A stretch of 8,000 nucleotides of DNA, taken from positions 1 to 8,000 of the forward strand of contig JAKLZA010000221.1 of NCBI GenBank assembly GCA_030704615.1, written 5' to 3'. Below, piece after piece: positions 1-7,795 of this stretch (within the stretch, counting starts at the first letter, position 1; the number at the start of each line of letters is the position of its first letter). Under the pieces are notes generated by a model. It was not told where the DNA came from, did not search any database, and was given only the letters and a program-made list of their open reading frames with translations. Made by a program: the position numbers and the translations under genes. Source of the DNA: Takakia lepidozioides (taxonomy: Eukaryota; Plantae; Bryophyta).

Positions 1-197
1 CAGGTAATTCGTCGATCAGAATTACCTTCCTGCAGGTAATTCGTCGATCAGAATTACCTTCGTGCAGGTAATTCTGGACGAGGAATTAACATCCTACCGG
101 CATCGATTGGAATTACCTGCAGAAGGTAATTCTCATCTGGAAATTACCTGCACGAAGGTAATCCTCATCTGGGAATTACCTGCAGGAAGGTAATTCT
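1..197. repeat. 32-bp tandem repeat of alternating GGTAATTC / GAATTACC motifs that switches orientation around ~100
   Basis: Unit caggtaattcgtcgatcagaattaccttcctg at 1-32 and 33-64, degenerate copy from 65. From ~110 to 197 the reverse-complement form (gaattacctgcaggaaggtaattc) recurs three times. The array probably continues beyond the left window edge. Confidence 0.9.
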
Positions 198-218
198 GAG
201 CGATGAAATACATGGCGA

Positions 219-721
219 ATGGAAATTCGGCGCCGAATATCCATACGCCGCCGATCCGACTTACCTGCTGGATGGAAATTCGGCGCCGAATTTCCATTCA
301 TCCGGGATTCGACTTACCTGCAGGATGGAAATTCGGCGCCGAATCTCCATCCATTCGGGATTCCACTTTCCTGCTGGATGGAAATTCGGCGCCGAATTTC
401 CATTCATCCGGGATTCGAATTACCTGCAGGATGGAAATTCGGCGCCGAATATCCATACGCCACTGATCCGACTTACCTACTGGATGGAAATTCGGCGCCG
501 AATTTCCATTCATCCGGGATTCGAATTACCTGCAGGATGGAAATTCGGCGCCGAATTTGCATTTATCCGGGATTCCACTTACCTGCTGGATGGAAATTCG
601 GCGCCGAATTTCCATTCATCCGGATTCGAGTTACCTGCAGGATGGAAATTTGGCGCCGAATCTCCATCCATCCGAGATTCCACTTACCTGCTGGATGGAA
701 ATTCGGCGTCCGAATTTCCAT
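219..721. repeat. 53-bp tandem array: 26-bp palindrome ATGGAAATTCGGCGCCGAATTTCCAT plus ~27-bp related spacer, 10 palindrome copies
   Basis: Palindromes start at 219, 272, 325, 378, 431, 484, 537, 590, 642 and 695. Spacers are homologous to each other and alternate ending ctgctgg / ctgcagg. Confidence 0.97.
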
Positions 722-1412
722 CCGGGGGATGGTCTCTGTCGGAGAGGTGCCGCCTCTCCGCTGCTCTGTTGGATATTCGGTGCCGAATTTCCGTCCCGGG
801 GGTTGAAATATGACGGCCAGGTGCCGACCTCTCCCCTTCTCCCCGACTGCATTGGAACGGCCCCGAATTGAAATTCGGCGCCGTTTTCCCATCTGGGGAG
901 GTTTTTATGTCGGCCAGTTTTCGGTTGACCCCCCGACAAGACTTCCTTTGGGGGGCCCGGATGGAAATTCGGCGCCGAATCTCCATCCAGGGGATATTCT
1001 CTGTCGCACACTCGCCGGCCTCTGCGCCCGAGGCGACTTCATCCGGGCGTCCCCTGTTCGATATTCGGTGCCGAATTTCCGTCCGGGGGTTGAAATGTGA
1101 CGGCCAAGTGCAGGCCACTCCCCCCTCCCCGACTGCATCCGAACCGCCCCGGATGGAAATTCGGCGCCGTTTTTCATCTGGGGATGTTTTTATGCCGTCC
1201 AGTTTTCGGCCTGACCCCCCGACACGACTCCCTTTTGGGGGGCCCGGATGGAAATTCGGCGCCGAATCTTCATCCAGGGGATGTTCTCTGTCGCACACAC
1301 TCCGGCCTCTGCGCCCGAGGCGACTTCATCCGGGCTTCCTCTGTTGGATATTGGGTGCCGAATTTCCATTCGGGGGTAGTAATGTGACGGCACGGTGCCG
1401 GCTTCTCCCCTT
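695..1412. repeat. ~287-bp tandem repeat, about 2.5 copies, with three variant AATTCGGCGCCG cores per full unit
   Basis: Copies at 695-960, 961-1247 and 1248-~1412 (partial) share blocks such as gatattcggtgccgaatttccgtcc, gggttgaaat-tgacggcca, ccccgactgcat and gggggcccgg. Confidence 0.93.
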
Positions 1413-1673
1413 CAGCCGTCATCATCCGGACGGCCCCCCACTTTCTGACTGCATACCGTTGGCAGTTATTGCGCAAAGACGAGGGGCCGCATTCCGGAGA
1501 CAAGGTTCATTAACACTCTGACTGTGGATTTTTTGAGATAGTTGGCTCCCTGGATTTGGATCAGGCTTCGTCGCTCGGACAAATCGGCATCGCATTCATT
1601 CCCATCGCTGCACCCCCTTCTACCAGGGAGCTTCCCCGCACGCCATCCTGGCAGTCTTGTGTGTACATCTCCC

Positions 1674-4600
1674 ATGGCGGAAAACCCGAGCGCTACAGTG
1701 TACTGCCCTCCTCACGAGCATAGAGCTTCATTTCCGTGCAGAGGGGACACCTGCCGGGTGATGGAGAAATATCTGTGCGTTCGATACCACCTGAAACCCG
1801 GGGTCGGTTTTTTGGAGGAGGAAAGGAAGGACTCAAACGGCCTTGTTGTCGAGAGTATTGTTGTGCTCCACGATGATTTCGGCGATGGCAGGGAATGGCG
1901 AGTTCCACCATCGGACAGCGTCATATACAGGGTTGTTGGGGACTTCATTTGCCCGCCAAATGCACCGTCTTCCTGGCGCCTTCCACGAAACAATCCGCGA
2001 ATCAGAGAGTGGTTACCTCAAGAGAGAAGTCCGCAACGAAGTAAATCCAGAGCCGAACCCATCCATGAAGACGACCGAGAACTGGGTTGTTCACAACCTG
2101 TCCGACTCAGACGAGGTCATGGAAGTTCCGAGGTCATCCTGGAAATCAGGCAAGTCCTCAATGGACGTCAGTGGAGGAGGGAGTCATATTCCCAGCACGA
2201 GCACCGCAGTTCGATCTATTTCTAGAAATTCTGCGAGGGCTTCACCTGGAAGGACACCGGTCGGAGCTGGCCGGGCTGGACTACAGCAAGTTTTGCAATT
2301 AAATTGGTTACATGCCTTCCCGCCGACGTCGACGGTAATATCTTCTTTGAGTTCCCTCCTCGGGCGGACTACTCGAGGGCGTCCGGAATGTTGACAGATA
2401 TGGATAGAAAACATGACGGTCATCCTTGGTGCGTTACCAAAACCACCAGCATGAAGATGCTTGATGGTGTGCGGGTGCGCTACGTTGTTTGTGCGGGCGC
2501 TTTGCGGTGTTTCTCCCCAACCTTGCTTCCACTTTAAATCCAGAGGTCACACAGGAACGAGACCGATTGGACAGGCACAGCTCACCAACCATTTCGAGCT
2601 CAGGAGAAGGTTCCGAACTCCACATTTAAGTGTGCGCATTGCAAAGAACCACCACACAGCATGTCTGTTTGTAATGCCAAGCAGTTCTATGTGTTGCACC
2701 GTTTCCCTGACCTCACCCGAGCTTGCCATACACGTTGGTTCCCATTGTCACAAATTGGCGAGGGGGAACTCGCGGGAGGCTGCCCACGAAGAAGAGCAGC
2801 TCGTTCAAGAGGAGGTTAAGTTGAGACCGGGTGCCAAACCCAAACAGATACAGCTCCAAGCCGCCCATAAGATGGCATTGGCCAGAATTATGTCGGAAGA
2901 CGGCTCCGATAGAGTTCCTCTCGACGAGAAGGAAATGGAGGCATTGCTGGAGTCGGTGTCCCACGTATGTTCACCGAATGTCCGAAACCACATTGTCTCA
3001 TGCAAACAGAAAATTGGGCGTGGCTCGGATATGCACTCCATTCTAGAGGTGAAGCGACGATGTGGATATGACTACATTCATGGAAGTAGGTTTCCAGGAC
3101 AAGGGACTGAGGCAGATCGTTGTTTCGTATTCAAAATGTCCACGTGTGGACCTGGCAGTGGCGTCGAACTGGTCGACATGATGACGAGTGGGAACTTGTC
3201 AAACAGTTGGGTCATGTTCGACCATATCAAGCGAATTACAAATCACCAGTGGGTGACAATGGGTGCACATGTCTACGACACCCACTGCAGGATGCTAATG
3301 ACAATTGCTATTTGTGAGATGAAAGGAGAGGACACACAATTGGAGATGCTTCTTTGGCAGGGAATAAACGAACAGATGGCCAAGGCGGGATTGCCCCCTC
3401 CCAATTTCCGTGGTTTCATGGCGGACAACGCACAAGCAAATTGGGCTGCCATCCGAAGGGTGTACGGGCAAGACCCCAATGTTCCCATGGAAGGCAAGGA
3501 GAGATCTTGTGGGTTCCATTTTCTGCAGAGCCTTTCGCAGTACACAACCAGGCTCGTGGCGCCAGATTTCAGAGAGGAGCACCGTTCCAGGTGCCTTGCG
3601 TGGAAGCGCGCTCCCACCTTGGATGATGCAGAGACACAGTTTGCATGCATACGGGCTTGGTGGACATCGTCAGGTGCTGTAAGGAAATCAGACGAAGGAG
3701 CAATGGTCAGTTGGCTAGCATGGTGGCATTATCGTTTCCTCCAGTTCGGCGACTATATGCGGGAGGTGAGTTGCACGAATTCGCGTCCCGTTGGATATTA
3801 TTCTTGGCCATATTTGTAACTTGCTTGTAACCTGAACATGTGCTTGTGCAGGAAATGTGTCTCGACTCCGACACCGACATGCCCACGACAAACATGGCCG
3901 AATCAGTGCACTCTTCCTGACGTGCCTCCTCTGCGGCGCATCTGGTGGACATCCTCACTGCCACAACGGAGGACATTGTGAGGTCAATTATGCAGCAATG
4001 CAGGTACAACGAGTTCTTGAAAGGGAAACAGTGGGGCTTGGGGCCGGACAGGCAGGAAATGCTGATGCGGACTGCCTCCAGATCGAAGAATCCTCGGAAG
4101 TGGGCGGCGGCCTTGCGAGAGGGCCTTCGGGACACGCCATTGGTGCGAAGAGGCCAACATTTGGAAGAAGATGTTCATACCCGTCCAGTGAGACGAAGAC
4201 TTGACGAGGCACCTGGCGGAGAAGAGGATTCATGGCGAGCTGACAAGAATATTCGCACGCTCCCTCGTGGTCCGTGATGTTGTCCGAGGAGGTCTCGTCG
4301 AGCACCGGAAGTCCTGCACGTTCAAGATCGCCATCTCCTTTGAGCACAGGGCGCGTGCCCCGGCAACATAACGAGCCATCTGTAGTAAAGCAATACAACA
4401 TTCCCATTGTGGAAACAAGAGTGTCGGAGTCACAGTGGAGAATTGCGAGGACATTGCCGGCATTTCGAGGGAAGTGTTGCGCCATCCGGGTGGATACGAG
4501 AGCACGCTGTGGTGAGATGATTCGGAGGAACCCACACGGTGCTGTACTTGTACCTTGTTTCAGCGGCAGATTTTTGACTCCCACATTTGCTCACGCCACA

Positions 4601-5267
4601 ACGCAGACATTTTGGTTCTGTAGGCACGACATAATGACCTGTGTATTTGGCAAGCCCAAGTACGGGATTCAGGGAATGCCGGAGCCTCCGGGCGTCTAGC
4701 CTGTTGCACCGGGTTGCAGCCTCTCTCAGAATGAGGCGGATGCTCTATCTGCAGCAGGATTTCGAATGGTGCAACGCACAGACATCCCGGCCCACGCATT
4801 TCCGGTTCCTTAGACCCAGCCATTGCAGACTGCTCGGTCCAGTAGAGACGGATTGGACAATTCTGCACATCCCACAATGCGATTCGGAAGAGTGAAGAGA
4901 CGACACCCTCCCAACAAGTTGAATGAGACTCGGATTGCCAATGCTCTTGGGATGGCTTGCACTATTCAGAGCTCCGTGGACGTACCCCCACCCGGCCTTG
5001 GGCGTGTGTATCGGATGGCAACGGCCGGCTTGGCTGTACGCGACGATGTATACACAATTACGATTGGAGTGGAGCCGACTTGCAACTGTACGGACTTCTC
5101 GTTGATGGAACAAAGAAGGGTTCGAAGTATTATCCGTGCAAGCATCTGTATTACATTTACCTGAAGAGGTTGAGGATGAACGTGACTATTGATGACTTTA
5201 TTCATGCACCGGCGTTGAGCGTGAACGAGCTGCACAACTCCTCCTTAGGGATTCCAGAAATCATTGA
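1674..5267 (+). pseudogene. Disrupted MULE-type DDE transposase with GCM-like zinc finger and SWIM finger (two exons, ~1150 codons when repaired)
   Basis: ATG at 1674 (cccATGGCG). Repaired reading: MDRKHDGHPW..CAGALRC..C..NETDW..CAHC..C..IHVGSHCH (2400-2751); WVMFD (D 3220-3222); FMADNAQAN (D 3424-3426); CGFH (3508-3519); after splicing TTNMAESVH (E 3900-3902); SWIM CNC (5081-5089)..CKH (5137-5145). In-frame stops at 3918, 4697 and 4811. Frameshifts near 2085, 2220, 2292, 2522, 2550, 2726, 4275, 5108 and probably 5234. The 3' end is inferred. Confidence 0.88.
3766..3851 (+). other. 86-nt phase-0 spliceosomal intron in the transposase gene
   Basis: GAG|GTGAGT donor and TGTGCAG|GAA acceptor. 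Removal joins ..GDYMRE to EMCLDSDTDMPTTNMAESVH in frame and restores the third catalytic residue. Confidence 0.88.
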
Positions 5268-5424
5268 TGGGGCAAACGGAATCCTCCATATGGATATTTT
5301 CAAATGCATTTTGCTGTATCAGACTTTTTTTTTGCAGTGTAATGAAATGCACCCCAAAACTCCTGGAATGAGGCAATATTCCATTCAAACTGAGATCCAA
5401 CAGAAGCAGTTGTGGGGCCATTTT

Positions 5425-5860
5425 TGGAAAAATGGCGCCGAATTTCTCTTTTTGGGGCCGAAAACTCGCTAAGTCCCAACATGCACTGGTACCTGTGTTT
5501 GGGAAAATGGCGCCGAATTTCTCTTTTTGGGGCCGAAAACTGGCTAAGTCCCAATATGCACTGGTACCGTGTCTGGAAAAATGGCGCCGAATTTCTCTTT
5601 TTTGGGCCGAAAACTGGCTAAGTCCCAACATGCACTGGTACAGTGTCTGGAAAAATGGCGCCGAATTTCCCTATTTTGCGCCGAAAACTGGCTAAGTCCG
5701 AACATGCACTGGAAAAATGGCGCCGAATTACCTGTCATGAGGGGACCTATAGCCGCGGAATTCGGCACCATTTTTCGCCAGAGAGACCTATTGCCGCGAA
5801 ATACGTCGCCGTTTTTTCAGGTTACGGACCCTATTACCGCGAAATTCGGCGCCATATTTG
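5425..5860. repeat. Right-hand subterminal array: ~74-bp tandem units followed by ~42-bp units in opposite motif orientation
   Basis: ATGGCGCCGAATT starts at 5432, 5507, 5581, 5655 and 5717. Three inverted variants follow at ~5757, ~5798 and ~5841, each preceded by gacc(c)tat..ccgcg. Confidence 0.93.
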
Positions 5861-5879
5861 CACATGTCGCTGAGAATTG

Positions 5880-6103
5880 GCATGAGCGGAAGACGAAATA
5901 TCATGAGCACAACTGTCAAAAGTGCAATTTTCCCTTCAAGGGGCCGAATAATATATTTGTTTTTCCTGACACATTGCATTAAATTATTGTTTTTTATTGT
6001 TTTTTATTTTCAAAATTTGTACTTCTGCTCATGAAAACCGATTGTGTTACTACTCTGCTCATGCCGCTCATGCCGCTCATGCTCATGAAATAGCAAACCT
6101 CGG
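5880..6103. mobile_element. Small MITE-like remnant with CATGAGC subterminal repeats, left terminus missing
   Basis: CATGAGC at 5881 and 5902, an AT-rich centre, then inverted GCTCATG at 6027, 6057, 6066, 6075 and 6081, ending gaaatagcaaacctcgg. Confidence 0.55.
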
Positions 6104-6493
6104 TGAAGGATCTGAATCAGTTCCCAAAAAGCACAATCCAGCCTGGCACCAAGGTCGAGGGAATAAGTGATATTGTTTTTTATCAGTGGCTTCACAAGGC
6201 CACATTTTGGAGTCAGGTATTTGTGGATTCAAGTACCTGTTGTATATGAAATATCCTATAGCTTTGTCATGCGCAATTCTGATACATGTTCCCAATTTGA
6301 AGGACTTGAATATTTCGATGGTCTCAACGACCTTGGAGGCGTACATTAGAAAGTAGAAAGGTCTCACGTGGCGGTACTGTTTCTTCCGAGAGTTCTCCAA
6401 GGATGGCAACATATTGAGGTCGAACGATTTCGACAGTCAAGTTGGAGGGGAGTGGGCGATGATGCGTGTTGTTTATAGGTGCAGTGCCATATG

Positions 6494-6556
6494 CCGGGGC
6501 TGCTATTTCATGAGCGGCATGAGCATGAGCGGAAAAAAAAAAAAAAGCATGAGCGG
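6494..6556. repeat. Imperfect inverted counterpart of 6057-6103 (probable transposon terminus) with four CATGAGC copies and an A14 run
   Basis: ccggggctgctatttcatgagcggcatgagcatgagcgg; tgctatttcatgagc (6501-6515) is the exact reverse complement of gctcatgaaatagca (6081-6095). Poly-A at 6533-6546. Confidence 0.85.
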
Positions 6557-6708
6557 ACCATTATGTGTCCACGGAAATAGGGTCATGTGAAGTTGGAATG
6601 TGGCACCAGTGGACTCGTCACAACAATGAAATGCAACATTTTATTGCAAATTTTGTGGCAAGCCACATCTATACAAGTGTGTCCTAACTGTCATAGCCGG
6701 AATGGGCA

Positions 6709-7329
6709 CTACTCTCTTACACCCTCCGAGGAACTTGCCCCACCTTCCTCCTCATCCCCCTCATCCCCCCCATCCTCCGAGCTCTGTGATGCATCAGTTC
6801 CACTATGCCTCTCAAAAATTCCGTCCTCTCCTTGGGGGACTGTCCACCTCACCTCCTGGGAATCTTCAGCCTCTTCTCCCCCACTTTCCTCAGCAGAATC
6901 CAAGACAATTCTACAAGCCTGACGGGCTCTAATAGCTGTTGCCTCCTCCCTCATCTTCATTTTCTTGAGGCTTGCCTCGTCTAAAATCTGTTGTACACGA
7001 CTAGGTTCGGAAGACCTCCTAATGGACACCAAAGCAAGCCGGGAACCATAAGTAGAAAGGATGTAGTCCCTTTGTGGACTTGACATGAAATCCCCCTTGG
7101 CAAAAAAATGCATGTTCCTCCTGCCCATGAACTGCGGTGTAGACATCCCTCCTGCAGTAAGAACAAATCCACTTTAAGAATGTCAATACCAGCAGAAGCC
7201 AAAAATGGTCTTTCAATGAAATAAGAGAGCGAAGGGAGGTGCCTCACAAAATCAAGAGGCTACTTACAATGCGACCACTCACTCGTAAACCGGGGGCTCA
7301 TCGGCCTCGATCCCAACTTGTACCTCCCC
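6709..7329 (-). pseudogene. 3' remnant of an unidentified gene with a charged helical segment and acidic tail; probable intron 7152-7267
   Basis: On the minus strand: GTAAGT donor at 7267-7262, TATTGAC branch-like site, and TTCTTACTGCAG acceptor ending at 7152. The open frame runs to a stop at 6709 and encodes LKKMKMREEATAIRARQ..SEDGGDEGDEEEG. The upstream exon is cut off by the repeat at 7330, and both plausible spliced frames contain a TGA. Confidence 0.55.
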
Positions 7330-7362
7330 CACGTGACCAGGCTCACGCCGAGGCATCCCCCC

Positions 7363-7756
7363 TCTACAACTATGTGCCCCAATCCAGTATGCCGAAGGAC
7401 ACAAAGACAGGCAAACCGTGGCGGTACAGCTGGACCCGGAGCCCTGCTTTCATCCAAACCCTCATGGAGACGTGCTCGGATGTCCAAGGGCGGATTCTTG
7501 ACCTCACATGCGGCACGAGTAAGCCTTCACATGCACATTTTGTCCCCTGGCCTGAATGCAATTGCATGCCGCATGCTACTAACCACCCGCTTTGTCCCTC
7601 AGGTGCTTCAATGTGGGCAGGGACGTTGTCCGACAGGCATGTCTTTGCCTTCGAGCCAGATACTGCCCTCCACAACTCTGAACTTGCAGCAGCTGAACGT
7701 CTGCCGAAAGAGGAAGAGGCATCCTCGGAGGATGAGGAAGAATCCGAGAAGGAGGT
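7363..7756 (+). pseudogene. C-terminal fragment of a beta-class N6-adenine/N4-cytosine DNA methyltransferase-like gene (SAM-binding region) with one intron
   Basis: Spliced translation GKPWRYSWTRSPAFIQTLMETCSDVQGRILDLTCGT|SASMWAGTLSDRHVFAFEPDTAL follows the N6_N4_Mtase pattern KP..L...LI...S..GD.VLDPF.GSG.T..AA....R..IG.E.D (motifs X, I, II). Catalytic motif IV (D/S/N-PP-Y/F), a native start and a native stop are absent. Confidence 0.78.
7519..7602 (+). other. 84-nt phase-1 spliceosomal intron inside methyltransferase motif I
   Basis: GTAAGC donor, exact TACTAAC branch point at 7577-7583, and TTTGTCCCTCAG acceptor. The length is a multiple of 3 with no stop, so the ORF track reads through it. 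Confidence 0.9.
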
Positions 7757-7795
7757 GGGGGGGGGATGCCTCGGCGTGAGCCTGGTCACGTGAGC

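Larger units (their letters stand above)
198..5872 (+). mobile_element. Mutator-like (MULE) DNA transposon with foldback-like, tandem-repeat-built ends; left boundary uncertain and may lie beyond the window
   Basis: A DDE/SWIM transposase pseudogene is flanked on both sides by arrays of the same GGCGCCGAATT motif (219-1412 and 5425-5860). The right array ends at ...cacatgtcgctg (5872). There is a weak inverted match between aattctgagcga (192-203) and tcgctgagaatt (5867-5878). No convincing target-site duplication was seen. Confidence 0.75.
7330..7792. repeat. Perfect 33-bp inverted repeat pair (7330-7362 and 7760-7792) enclosing 397 bp
   Basis: cacgtgaccaggctcacgccgaggcatcccccc versus ggggggatgcctcggcgtgagcctggtcacgtg. 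Confidence 0.97.

Noticed and set aside
219-721. CRISPR array (26-bp palindromic repeat with 27-bp spacers)
   Set aside because: Spacers are near-copies of each other, there are no cas genes, the context is eukaryotic, and the same motif recurs on the other side of the transposase.
203-1521. Many overlapping ORFs with MEIRRRIS / WKFGAEF / GNSAPNF repeats
   Set aside because: They are translations of a stop-poor palindromic DNA repeat and appear in all frames on both strands.
2461-3819. The 452-aa ORF as a complete standalone gene
   Set aside because: Most of its first ~90 codons are off-frame relative to the zinc-finger motif, and its last 17 codons are intron; it is one segment of a larger disrupted gene.
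2728-3920. KDZ/Zisupton, hAT or prokaryotic IS256 assignment
   Set aside because: The D..D..CxxH..TTNxxES pattern with SWIM and a spliceosomal intron fits a eukaryotic MULE best; no KDZ-type CxC or hAT dimerisation motif was recognised.
3918-4813. Programmed readthrough, selenocysteine or an alternative genetic code at in-frame stops
   Set aside because: The stops are mixed TGA/TAG, accompanied by frameshifts and explainable by single transitions; decay is simpler. Organellar-type U-to-C editing is not expected for a nuclear transposon.
5245-5982. Repetitive ORFs (KWRRISLF, MAPNFSF)
   Set aside because: They are translations of the 74-bp tandem array.
6533-6546. A14 run as a retroposon poly(A) tail
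   Set aside because: It is embedded between CATGAGC repeats with no recognisable SINE/LINE body or target-site duplication.
7716-7724. Internal gaggcatcc matching part of the 33-bp repeat
   Set aside because: Only 9 bp within Glu/Ala/Ser codons; compatible with chance.
7239-7793. The 184-aa ORF as an intact methyltransferase
   Set aside because: It is a chimera of unrelated upstream DNA, both inverted repeats and an unspliced in-frame intron, and has no catalytic motif IV.
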